Of a DNA stretch of 64,000 nt, positions 50,415 to 60,286 are shown one piece after another. Position 1 is the first letter of the stretch; every line of letters begins with the position of its first letter. The stretch spans positions 13,326 to 77,325 of the forward strand of contig JBHLJY010000011.1 in the NCBI GenBank assembly GCA_048887225.1. The letters run 5' to 3'. The DNA is from Candidatus Hodarchaeota archaeon (lineage in GTDB: Archaea > Asgardarchaeota > Lokiarchaeia > Sigyniarchaeales > SOKP01). The notes beneath the pieces were generated by a model. It saw nothing but the letters and a program-made list of their open reading frames with translations. It was not told the DNA's origin and searched no databases. The translations under genes and the position numbers were made by a program.

Positions 50415-53021
50415 TTAATTAGGTGAGAAATAAAAAGTTATACCTAATCCTTCTATACGGTCTTTTGATTCTGGTTTTTCTTTAATTTTATCCTCTTGAG
50501 CTTTTTCAAGTATTTCCAAGCTTTTTATTCGAATTGTGTTTTGTATGTCTTTTTCCAAGGCTTTAAGAATCTTTTGTATGTTGTTCTCTGAGATTATAAC
50601 GACTCTTGAAACTTCTTGATTTAAAGGAATTTGAAGCATTGATTTATGATTCCTAAGAGCTTTAATTAATTCAATGACAATCTTTCCTTTTTCAGCTAAT
50701 TCCTCAGAGATGTTATCATATGGATTAGGCCAACGCTCTAAATGAATTGACTTGAATTTTTTGTATTTTCTGAAAAATAATGAATATATTTCTTCAGTAA
50801 TAAAAGGCATTATCACAGCAAAGATTTTTAATAGATTATAAAAAAGATTTAATGCATTTTTTAATGTGGTTTCTTTAATCTTTTGATCTTCTGAATAGAA
50901 TTTATATTTTATAGCTTCAATATAATTATCACAAATATCATTCCAGAAAAATGGTCTAAAAATTGTAAGTGCATCGTGCCAATTGTATCCATCAAAATAT
51001 TTGGAGATCATATCAAGTTTTTTATTAAATTCAAAATAAAAATAGCTATCAATAGCAGAAAGTTCATCTATATTAATTTCTATATCATGAACTTTAATGG
51101 TATTTAAACTTAGACCTAAAAACCTATAAGCATTCCAAATTTTAGTTATAAAACGCGATGCCCCAATTAACTGTTCAAATCTTCTACCATATTTTTTATT
51201 AAATTTCTCTTCAGTTAATTTCTCTTGCTCTTCTTTAATAGAGTCATCTGATATTGGTTGTTTTGTCTGAAGATTAAACCACGTATATTCTAATGGATAA
51301 TCATCTCCAAGGGATCCAAGTGCTGCCCATTGTCTAATCGCATCTGCTCCATAATCGGGCATAACTTCGTCTGGAGAAACTATATTACCAAAACTCTTTG
51401 ACATTTTCCTCCCATCAGGACCTGCGACCATTCCATTTATCATTATTTCATAAAAAGGGGCTTTTGCCGTTAATTTCTTACATCGAAATAATGTATAAAA
51501 AAGCCACGTTCGGATAATCTCATACCCTTGAGGGCGATGGACTTTAGCTTTCATGTATGTTTTATCAAAAAAATCGTCATCCTCTAACCATTTAGCAATA
51601 ACTAAAGGTGTAATACTCGAATCAATCCAACAATCGCAGACATCTTTTTCTCCTAATATATTTTTGCCTTTACACTTTGGACATTCGCTCACAGGGGGTG
51701 GTGTTATTACAGGATCTAATGGTAAATCCTCTGCCTTTGAAGGAATAATCTCTCCACAATCTTTACAATACCAAAATGGAATCGGAGTTCCAAAAACTCT
51801 TTGACGTGATATCACCCAATTCCAATCTAAACCTTCACACCAGTCTATTAATCTCTGTTTATGCTTTTCAGGATACCAATTCATGATTTCACCAGATTCA
51901 ATGATTTCATTTGTAAATTCCTTCACTTTTATAAACCACTGGTCAACTGGTAAGTATTCAATTGGTCTCCTACATGATGATCTTTCTGAATGGATAACAA
52001 TCCGATGATCGTAATCTTCAATCTTCCCTAACAAACCCATCTTGTCAAGATCCTTTAGAATTTGCTCCCGAGCTTCTAAAATTTTCATACCTTGATATTT
52101 TGAATTCTCGTTCATATGCCCATCTTCTGTAAATATTTGAATCTCTTCGAGCCCGTATTCGATTTTCCATTTTATATCTAACTCATCTCCATATGTACAG
52201 CAGTAAACTATTCCAGTACCAAAATTCATATCTGCATTTCTGTCCATATATACTCGGACATTTCTTTCAGTAAACGGAATCTCAACTTCGGCAGCAGAAA
52301 GATGATAAAATCTTTCATCATTTGGGTGAATAAAAATGCCAACACATGCCTCCATATATTCAGGACGAGTTGTAGCTATAGTTATGTACTCATTTTCTCT
52401 CCCAACTAACGGTAGTCTTAAATACCATAACTTTCCTGACTCTTCTTGATAAGCAACCTCTGCCTTTGCAACAGAAGTTTCGCAATTAACACAGAAATGT
52501 GTAGGAAATTTATCACGATATAACCATCCTTTCTCATAAAAGTATAACAAGGACCATTGAATTTTGTACTTATAATCATCGTTCATTGTTCGATAAGTAT
52601 AATCCCAATCGGTAGAATACCCTAACTCGTCATATTGTTTTGTCATGTTTCTAATGTTTTGATTAACCCATTCGATGCATTTTGCTAAGAAATTCTCTCG
52701 CTGATGTTTTGTTAATCCATATTCTTTCTCAACAGCAAGTTCCACAGGGAGTCCATGGCAATCATAGCCTTGAGGAAAATAAACATTATAAATACCTTTC
52801 ATTCTTTGATAACGTGCAACGAAATCTATCCATGCGTGGTTTAAAATATGCCCTAGATGTAGGGTACCACTAACAAAAGGCGGAGGTGTATCGATTGAAA
52901 ATATTTCACCTTGAGCAGTTATGTCGAATTTATATATTTCCTCGTTTCGCCAGTATTTAATCCATTTTTCTTGAACTTCGTTAAAATTAAATCGTTTTGG
53001 AATTGCCTTTTCTTGTGCCAT
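50415..53021 (-). CDS. valS: Valyl-tRNA synthetase (archaeal type)
   Basis: IDTPPP..SG.LHLGH, DCHGLP, ATTRPE, ISRQR.FG.P.P, RPQG.EIIRTW, KMSKS. Confidence 0.96.
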   Translation of the reverse strand: MAQEKAIPKRFNFNEVQEKWIKYWRNEEIYKFDITAQGEIFSIDTPPPFVSGTLHLGHILNHAWIDFVARYQRMKGIYNVYFPQGYDCHGLPVELAVEKEYGLTKHQRENFLAKCIEWVNQNIRNMTKQYDELGYSTDWDYTYRTMNDDYKYKIQWSLLYFYEKGWLYRDKFPTHFCVNCETSVAKAEVAYQEESGKLWYLRLPLVGRENEYITIATTRPEYMEACVGIFIHPNDERFYHLSAAEVEIPFTERNVRVYMDRNADMNFGTGIVYCCTYGDELDIKWKIEYGLEEIQIFTEDGHMNENSKYQGMKILEAREQILKDLDKMGLLGKIEDYDHRIVIHSERSSCRRPIEYLPVDQWFIKVKEFTNEIIESGEIMNWYPEKHKQRLIDWCEGLDWNWVISRQRVFGTPIPFWYCKDCGEIIPSKAEDLPLDPVITPPPVSECPKCKGKNILGEKDVCDCWIDSSITPLVIAKWLEDDDFFDKTYMKAKVHRPQGYEIIRTWLFYTLFRCKKLTAKAPFYEIMINGMVAGPDGRKMSKSFGNIVSPDEVMPDYGADAIRQWAALGSLGDDYPLEYTWFNLQTKQPISDDSIKEEQEKLTEEKFNKKYGRRFEQLIGASRFITKIWNAYRFLGLSLNTIKVHDIEINIDELSAIDSYFYFEFNKKLDMISKYFDGYNWHDALTIFRPFFWNDICDNYIEAIKYKFYSEDQKIKETTLKNALNLFYNLLKIFAVIMPFITEEIYSLFFRKYKKFKSIHLERWPNPYDNISEELAEKGKIVIELIKALRNHKSMLQIPLNQEVSRVVIISENNIQKILKALEKDIQNTIRIKSLEILEKAQEDKIKEKPESKDRIEGLGITFYFSPN

Positions 53022-53133
53022 TATAAATCCTATTAATATATATTTATAAGAATAATGATAGATGATTTTATAAACTTTATTTTAAAGATTTTACTTTTAA
53101 CTTATTTGAAGTTAAGACTTAACAGATATTAAA

Positions 53134-53205
53134 TGGACCTGACGGGAATTGAACCCGTGACCTCTTGGATGCGAACCAAGCGATCTTCCACTGATCTACA
53201 GGCCC
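53134..53205 (-). tRNA. tRNA-Ala(CGC), no CCA, no intron
   Basis: Reverse complement GGGCCTG-TAGATCAGTGGAAGATCG-CTTGG TTCGCAT CCAAG-AGGTC-ACGGGTTCAATTCCCGT-CAGGTCC-A; G3:U70 Ala identity pair present. Confidence 0.96.
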
Positions 53206-53336
53206 GTTTATATTACTTTTGCTATTATATATTAAAATTTGTGAAACTAAAAATAATTTGTGGTTTTAAATGTTTAATACAATAATTAAAACAGTCTAAT
53301 TAATTAAAAATGTAAAAAAAAAAGATTCTTTTAATT

Positions 53337-55715
53337 TTAATATTGTGTTCGAGCAATGATTTCATCTTGTGCTCCTTTAGATAACTCATTAAATAATACA
53401 GAATAGCCTGCAATTCTTACAACCAATCCTCGATACTGTTCTGGATTTTTCTGAGCGTCGCATAGTACATCTTTGCCAACAACATTAAATTGTATATGAT
53501 ACCCACCATTTGGTTGAAAAAACGTTCGTATTAGAGAAGGAAATAACTCTAACTTTAAAGTATTTGGGTGGAAAGATAAAATAAGTGAATTACCATTCGT
53601 CATTAATTCATTTTCAAGTTTCATAACTGAATTAAGAATAGCTGTAGGACCGTTTTTATCTCTGCTAGTAAAAGGTCCAACCCCATTTGAAAGAGGCTCT
53701 CTTGATTTTCTTCCATCCGCAGTTGCTGCCGTAAACACTCCAAATGCTAAATGAAATGTAGTAGAATAGATTCCTGGATTATATTTCCCACCTCGATAAT
53801 TTACATGTTTTACAATTTCATTACAAAATTGTTTTGCAACATCATGCGCAATTGAATCAACATAATCAACATCGTTACCAAATTTAGGAACTTTATTAAT
53901 AAAATATTCTCTCCATTCTGCCCCTTTTCTGCCTTGGTATGTACCTCTATAATTTTTCACTAACATCTGAACTAAATCTTCATAAGGAAGTAGTTTATCT
54001 TCAAATACAACCTTTTTTATAACAGCAAGACTATCTGCTACCGTTGCCAATCCAATTCCCTGTGTGGTTGTAAAGTCATAAAGAGCTCCTCCGCTGGTAA
54101 TATCAAGTCCGCGGTCAATACAATTGTCTATTGTTGCTGATAAAAATGGCTGAGGATTAAGTTCAGCGATAGATTTATCAAGATAACTCATGGTTTCAAC
54201 CATCGGCTCAATGAAATATTTAATTTGATTGACAAATTCGTCCCAAAGATCTTGGTAAGATGCGATTTCTTTACTATTTTCAATTCCGTATTTATTTCTA
54301 GTAAACATATCAACTCCATTATTAAGCGTTAATTCCAAACATTTTACAAGGTTGATTTGAGTTGCATTTGTACATCCAAGGGTTTTACACGGATGTGCTG
54401 GCTCAACACATCCTATAGGTGCATATTCACGAGCATCTTTGAGAGTATAGCCAAGATTAACGAGTCCTGATATCATGACGTCATCATTATATAAAGCAAT
54501 GCTTGCTCCCGCCTTAATGGATTCACCAGTTTTAACAATTAATTCTTCTGGAGTATTTTCATGAACTCTAACTGAAAAGGTTGGTTGGACTGTCTTAAGA
54601 TGATTGTAAGATTCTAAAAGCAAATAAGATAATTCATTTGTCGCATCGTCCCCTTCTCGGGTAACACCTCCAATCGTTAAATTCGCTGCGATCGGGGGAC
54701 CTTCTGCTGCAACTATTCCTTTATTAAGAACGTAATTCCATAAAGTTGATTGCTTTATATAAAAGCATTCAATAAGAAACTGAATTTCTTCGGCTGAAAT
54801 TGTTCCTTTCTCTATATCTTTTAAATAAAATGGGTATAAAACTTGATCTAAACGACCAATACTTATTGCAAAACCACCATCTTCTAAGCCACATACTACA
54901 TGAGTAAAATAGATTAGTTGTAGTGCTTCTTTAAAAGAGCTTGGGGGTTTTTCAGAGATATTACGACAGATCTGAGAAATTTCTTCTAGTTCTTTTTGTC
55001 GCTTTGGGTCTAAATCTTTTTCAGCCATTTTTTTAGCTAAATTTGAATATCTTTCAATATATTCTTTTACGGCATTGCAAACTATAATAACCGAATTCAA
55101 AAAACTCATTTTCTTGGAATCTTCAGAAAATTCCTTCAATCTTTCTTCTGTTTTTTCTATTAAACCATTTATCCCATCTTTTAAGACATTTTCATGACCT
55201 GGGAAGAAGTGCCCAATCCCATTTGTAATATCAGTATCAACAATATAAAGTAAATTTAGCATAAGTTCATTTAATTCAGAATTTAAATAACTTTCAAATC
55301 TCGCTCGAACAGTTTCGTCTTCATTTTTCCAATAAGGTATGATTTCTTCCCTTAATATTCGTCTATCCTCATCAGATAATAAAAATCGCTGAACCTCTCG
55401 GGAATCGTAAAGATTTAAATCTTGTTCAATTGTATCCACACGAACTTCAGGATATAAAGGAGTCCCAACTATCTTCGTTGTTCGATTACCAACTATAAAT
55501 TCATCATCCCAAATTTTTATTGTCATATTTGTTAATAAATAATCCATTGCCTTTGCGAATCGAATAATTGGAGACTCACCTTTTGTTTTTTTATAAGATT
55601 CGGTAAAAAACTTAGCTCTTTCAATACAAATTTCGTGTGGTGCTACAACAACCTTGTTTTTCATTCTTAACGTTCTTTCTTTATATTCTGAACGTAAAGC
55701 TTGCTCGAGTTGCAT
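53337..55715 (-). CDS. Glycyl radical enzyme (PFL2/dehydratase-like)
   Basis: E.IVGN, GRLDQ.LYP.Y, IGCVEP Cys loop, PKFGN, ATADGR, HIQFNV, LVVRIAGYS Gly-radical loop. Confidence 0.93.
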   Translation of the reverse strand: MQLEQALRSEYKERTLRMKNKVVVAPHEICIERAKFFTESYKKTKGESPIIRFAKAMDYLLTNMTIKIWDDEFIVGNRTTKIVGTPLYPEVRVDTIEQDLNLYDSREVQRFLLSDEDRRILREEIIPYWKNEDETVRARFESYLNSELNELMLNLLYIVDTDITNGIGHFFPGHENVLKDGINGLIEKTEERLKEFSEDSKKMSFLNSVIIVCNAVKEYIERYSNLAKKMAEKDLDPKRQKELEEISQICRNISEKPPSSFKEALQLIYFTHVVCGLEDGGFAISIGRLDQVLYPFYLKDIEKGTISAEEIQFLIECFYIKQSTLWNYVLNKGIVAAEGPPIAANLTIGGVTREGDDATNELSYLLLESYNHLKTVQPTFSVRVHENTPEELIVKTGESIKAGASIALYNDDVMISGLVNLGYTLKDAREYAPIGCVEPAHPCKTLGCTNATQINLVKCLELTLNNGVDMFTRNKYGIENSKEIASYQDLWDEFVNQIKYFIEPMVETMSYLDKSIAELNPQPFLSATIDNCIDRGLDITSGGALYDFTTTQGIGLATVADSLAVIKKVVFEDKLLPYEDLVQMLVKNYRGTYQGRKGAEWREYFINKVPKFGNDVDYVDSIAHDVAKQFCNEIVKHVNYRGGKYNPGIYSTTFHLAFGVFTAATADGRKSREPLSNGVGPFTSRDKNGPTAILNSVMKLENELMTNGNSLILSFHPNTLKLELFPSLIRTFFQPNGGYHIQFNVVGKDVLCDAQKNPEQYRGLVVRIAGYSVLFNELSKGAQDEIIARTQY

Positions 55716-55858
55716 TTAAATTCACTTTGTATTTTCTTATAAAAAACAAATAACTAATACATTTCTTCTTACAAATAATAAGTATTTGATAATTTAAAAC
55801 TTTAAAGTTAATAATTTAAAGTTATTATATTAAATTATAAACACCTCAATAATCTTTT

Positions 55859-56695
55859 ATGTTAGAACCTTACTTTCAAGAAAAAAATTTTATTTTGTAT
55901 CTTGGTGATGCTATAGAAATCTTAAATCAATTTCAAAGTGATAAATTTGATTTAATTTTTGCTGATCCTCCTTATTTTCTAAGTAATGATGGGATAACAT
56001 GTCAATCAGGTAAAATGGTATCGGTTAATAAGGGGATGTGGGACAAATCACAGGGCTTCGAAGATGATGTTATATTTACTGAGAATTGGTTAAAAGCATG
56101 TAGGACTGTTCTAAAGAAAAATGGCAGTATTTGGGTTTCAGGTACGCTACATGCTATTTATAAAGTTGGTTATCTCCTCCAAAAAAATGGTTATGATTTA
56201 ATTAACGATATTGTTTGGTACAAACCAAATGCCCCCCCTAATTTGTCTTGTAAATATTTCACACATTCTCACGAAATAATATTATGGGCAAGAAAATCAG
56301 ATAAATCTCGCCATGCTTTTCATTACGAAAAAATGAAGCTTTGGAATAATCCTAAGGATAAGCTAAAGAACAGAGATAAACAAATGAGGAGTGTTTGGTC
56401 GATTCCATTACTTCCTAAGACAGAAAAGAAATTTGGTAAACATCCTACTCAAAAACCAATAGAACTTTTAAATCGAATAATATCTTCTACTTCAAAAGAA
56501 GATGATTGGGTTCTGGATCCTTTTGTTGGTTCGGGAACAACTGGTCTTGTGTGTAGCGCTTTAAATCGTAAATTTATAGGAATAGATAATAATAGAGAAT
56601 ATTTAGATTTAACAATTAAAAGATTTAAAGATAAAGGAAAGGAAAAATTATTATTTTATCCGGAAAAACACAGTCAAATAACGAAATACATTTAA
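55859..56695 (+). CDS. Beta-class amino-DNA methyltransferase (DpnA/M2.DpnII-like)
   Basis: FADPPYFLSN.G.TC.SG.MVSVNKG.WD, W.K.N.PPNL.C, HPTQKP, LDPF.GSGTT. Confidence 0.9.
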   Translation: MLEPYFQEKNFILYLGDAIEILNQFQSDKFDLIFADPPYFLSNDGITCQSGKMVSVNKGMWDKSQGFEDDVIFTENWLKACRTVLKKNGSIWVSGTLHAIYKVGYLLQKNGYDLINDIVWYKPNAPPNLSCKYFTHSHEIILWARKSDKSRHAFHYEKMKLWNNPKDKLKNRDKQMRSVWSIPLLPKTEKKFGKHPTQKPIELLNRIISSTSKEDDWVLDPFVGSGTTGLVCSALNRKFIGIDNNREYLDLTIKRFKDKGKEKLLFYPEKHSQITKYI

Positions 56696-56846
56696 ACAAA
56701 CTTAGTTTAGTTGCTTGTGGGAACTTTCTGCATAGAATTATTTAAAACCATAATAGAAAATTTTATTATTCGATATAAAGATATTTAATTAAAGCTGAAA
56801 AGTATATTTTAAAAAAAACTAATTTAAGAAAAAATGAAATTTTAAA

Positions 56847-57785
56847 ATGATTAACAAGCAAGAATTTGAAGAATTATTTAATCAACATCTTATCAAGGAT
56901 TTATCTCAAGAGGAAATTGAAATTGTATTATCTGGCCAATATGGCAAATCTTTAGAATTACTTCGTGATGCAGAAGCAACAGGGCTTTTTCCAGCGTTAG
57001 TTGGTCCGCCAGGTGTCGGAAAAACAATTTTATGTAGATATTTTGCTAGCTTAAGAGCTAAAGAGAAGAAGTCAAAACATTTTTATTGGTTAACGATGGA
57101 CGAATCAATTAAGCCCTCACATTTCGTGGGGAGCTTCGATCCCGCGATTACGTTAAAAAAAGGCTTTGTTTTAGAAGCTTTTAATCCCGGTCCATTACTT
57201 AATGCAATGTTAGAAGGTGGGACATTTTTAGCAAATGAAATTAATAGAGCAACAGAATACTCTCAAAATACTTTGTTAGAACCTTTAGAAGAAGCATCTA
57301 TAGGTATTCCTCATTTAGGTCGAATAAAAGCGGATAAAGATTTCTTTTTTATATGTGCCATGAATCCAGAGGAACTTTCTGGAACCCATCGGTTATCTGA
57401 AGCTCTAAAAGATAGAATAAAAGTATGGATTAAATTGGACTATCCTCAAAAAGCCACAGAATTAGATATCATAAGAATTAATTTACCCGAACATTTTACA
57501 ATTGAAGAAGCGGAATTAGAATTAATTTATTCAATTATCGAGGAAACAAGAAAAAATAAAATTGATATTGAAATTCCGGCATCAATTAGAGCGGGAATTG
57601 CAATGGCTAAATTATTAGGGAGAAAAAGAGTTTTAGAAAAAGAAAAAAAAGTAAATGAAAAGGATTCGTATATCTATTTATCAGAAATAGCAAGAAATGT
57701 GTTATTAGGAAGTCTTAAGCCTAAACCCGGTATGAAAGTTGAGGATATTGTTGATGGTATAATTGCTAGAACCTTAGGAGGGTAA
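56847..57785 (+). CDS. MoxR-family AAA+ ATPase
   Basis: GPPGVGKT, F.PGPL..AM..G, NEINR, AMNP, LS.AL.DR, YP, S.RA lid. Confidence 0.9.
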   Translation: MINKQEFEELFNQHLIKDLSQEEIEIVLSGQYGKSLELLRDAEATGLFPALVGPPGVGKTILCRYFASLRAKEKKSKHFYWLTMDESIKPSHFVGSFDPAITLKKGFVLEAFNPGPLLNAMLEGGTFLANEINRATEYSQNTLLEPLEEASIGIPHLGRIKADKDFFFICAMNPEELSGTHRLSEALKDRIKVWIKLDYPQKATELDIIRINLPEHFTIEEAELELIYSIIEETRKNKIDIEIPASIRAGIAMAKLLGRKRVLEKEKKVNEKDSYIYLSEIARNVLLGSLKPKPGMKVEDIVDGIIARTLGG

Positions 57786-57794
57786 TAATATTTT

Positions 57795-60278
57795 ATGGGA
57801 GTTTTTCCTGAAAATCCGTGTGAATTTGCTGTTGAATTCATTCGAAGGATGAGGAAACATCCAGATATCGTTCAAATACCCTCATCAAGACAAGTATTAT
57901 CAATTCCAAAATTAATTCTTGCACGATATTATCGAAAAGGATCTGTTAATCCTAATGATTTTATTGAAATTAGCGCTATGACCTCTTTTCCTGATAATCA
58001 AAAACTAGCCAAAAGCCTTGCTTTTGAGATCCTTTTTCCAAATTATAAAAAAGACTTGATGCCATCTTTTTTCGATGATAAAGATCAGTATAGTGATGAC
58101 GAACTTGTTAGTCAAGAAGTAAAATCTGAACTAGATCAACTTCAAGATCTAATTGATGAAATAGAATTGACTAAATCAATAGATACAGATACGATTCAGC
58201 AAATGGAACAATTCCTTGAAGAATTGAACCAAAAAAGAAATCAACAACCTTATGAATCTGCCTTAAATTTCTTCAACGATGATTCTGAGTTATATAAAGA
58301 AGAAATTACATCTTTAGAAGAATTAATTGAAGAAGCAAAGAAACGAATGATGGAAAAGATAAACTCACTTTCCCCTAGTGATCTGAAAGCGGGGGCGAAT
58401 CTGAACTTAAATGATTTAATTCAAGAACAATCCAAACGAAGTTGGGAAAAAATTACGAGTAAAGCACTTAGTAATCAAGATATTACTAATGATTTAAATA
58501 ATTTAATAAACTCTGGAAATCTTGAAGATTTAATTCAATCACTGAAGTTTTTAAATGAAACTAATGCTATTTCTAAGGAGAAAATTCAACAAATGAAGAA
58601 TTCTCTCTCAAATCAAATTAAAAATTTAGATCAATTATTTCAAGCTGCAAGAAATTTAGGAGAAACTCCTAATTTCAACCAAGATAACATATTAAATAAT
58701 TCTTTACAAGAATCTTCTTTTGAACATAATTTTAATATTGCAAACTCACTGGATCAATATTTCGGAACTAATATAAGAGCGCAACTGCTCGATAAATTTA
58801 ATCAACAACAAGATCTCCAAATGAATCTCTCACTTGAAACTTTAACCAAAAGTGCATTTGCAAATAAATCATGGAATCAACTTCTTAACAAAGCTCTTGA
58901 AAACGCTATTCAAGATGCTTTGAATCAGAAGAAGAAATTTGAATCGTTTAAATCTTTATCTCACCAATTACAACAACTCGCAAATTCTTGTGCTAATATG
59001 CATTGTAGTCAAAAAATGAAACAACATTTACCCGAAATAATTCGAAAAACTATCGAATCATGTGAGAATTCTAACGAACTAAAAAATGCAGTTGAATTTC
59101 TCAGAAGTATAGGCTTAAATCCAGAATCAGAAGATATAAAAAGAGTTGGAAAAAATCTTGAAATGCCTGACGATGAGATCTTCGAATTAATAGAGCCAAA
59201 TTATCAACTATTGAAAAAGCTAATTGATAAAAATCTTGGAGATTTCGAAAGAATTAGTAATTTAATGAATCAAATAAAAGATCAAATTAATAGAGATCGA
59301 ATGAGAGAACTTCTATCAAGTGCCTTAGCATCTGAAAATAGAGATGCGTTAGGGGCACTTGGACATTTTGATTTAGGAGAAGCATTGAAAGGAGCTGGAC
59401 AAATTGGCGGGGAGGAAGGACAAGACATGCTGATCCAATGCCTTAGTGCTGGTAGTGGAGAAAATTTATTAAAACAGTGGTTTCTTCACCGTCAGTACTT
59501 ACCTGCTGATGCAAAAGAAAAGGTAAAAGAGTTGGCAAAAAAAATGCTTATTGAACTTGGTATATATTATTCTCGTGCACGTTTGGGTAGTTCTGTGTCA
59601 GGACCAATTCCCATCAATGTTGTAAGGCCATTTGCAATAGGCGATGATTTTGAAAATGTAGATTTAGAAGAAACTATTAATAACATAATGGAAAAAGGAA
59701 AAAAAATTGATCATATAAATTACGATGATTTTTTTGTCTTCGAAACAGCAAAGGGTCTAAGAAGCGCATGTTTTGAGCTTGATATTAGCGGGTCGATGTC
59801 TGGAGAGAAACTAGCCTATATGGCAATATGCGTGACAATGTTAGTCTATGGAATGCGAAAAGACGAGTTAGGTATAACTTTTTTTGAGTCAGATACTCAT
59901 GTTTTAAAAGAAATGACAGAGAAAATAGATTTAGAAAAATTAGCTGATGAATTACTTACAGTTAAAGCAAGAGGTGGTACAATGGTTCAAAAAGCCCTTG
60001 AATGGGCCAAACGTCAATTTAAAGAAAAATCTGCTACTCGTGAAAAGCTGAATGTTCTCTTTACAGACGCAGAGATCTATGATCTTAAGCAATCACTTAA
60101 TGAGTTAAGGATTTTTCGAAGCATGGGGATAGATTTTATTTTAGTTGTACCAGAAGCCTCGTTCAACCTTAAAGATGCAAAAAAAATCGTAAAAATTGCT
60201 GGCGGACAGCTACTAACGATAAAAGATTGGAATGAATTTCCTCAATTAATATCAGATATAATTAAATCGAAATTTTAA
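57795..60278 (+). CDS. VWA-domain protein (C-terminal MIDAS)
   Basis: D.E.T pre-VWA segment, DISGSM, GGT, TD MIDAS residues. Confidence 0.9.
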   Translation: MGVFPENPCEFAVEFIRRMRKHPDIVQIPSSRQVLSIPKLILARYYRKGSVNPNDFIEISAMTSFPDNQKLAKSLAFEILFPNYKKDLMPSFFDDKDQYSDDELVSQEVKSELDQLQDLIDEIELTKSIDTDTIQQMEQFLEELNQKRNQQPYESALNFFNDDSELYKEEITSLEELIEEAKKRMMEKINSLSPSDLKAGANLNLNDLIQEQSKRSWEKITSKALSNQDITNDLNNLINSGNLEDLIQSLKFLNETNAISKEKIQQMKNSLSNQIKNLDQLFQAARNLGETPNFNQDNILNNSLQESSFEHNFNIANSLDQYFGTNIRAQLLDKFNQQQDLQMNLSLETLTKSAFANKSWNQLLNKALENAIQDALNQKKKFESFKSLSHQLQQLANSCANMHCSQKMKQHLPEIIRKTIESCENSNELKNAVEFLRSIGLNPESEDIKRVGKNLEMPDDEIFELIEPNYQLLKKLIDKNLGDFERISNLMNQIKDQINRDRMRELLSSALASENRDALGALGHFDLGEALKGAGQIGGEEGQDMLIQCLSAGSGENLLKQWFLHRQYLPADAKEKVKELAKKMLIELGIYYSRARLGSSVSGPIPINVVRPFAIGDDFENVDLEETINNIMEKGKKIDHINYDDFFVFETAKGLRSACFELDISGSMSGEKLAYMAICVTMLVYGMRKDELGITFFESDTHVLKEMTEKIDLEKLADELLTVKARGGTMVQKALEWAKRQFKEKSATREKLNVLFTDAEIYDLKQSLNELRIFRSMGIDFILVVPEASFNLKDAKKIVKIAGGQLLTIKDWNEFPQLISDIIKSKF

Positions 60279-60286
60279 AGAACAGA

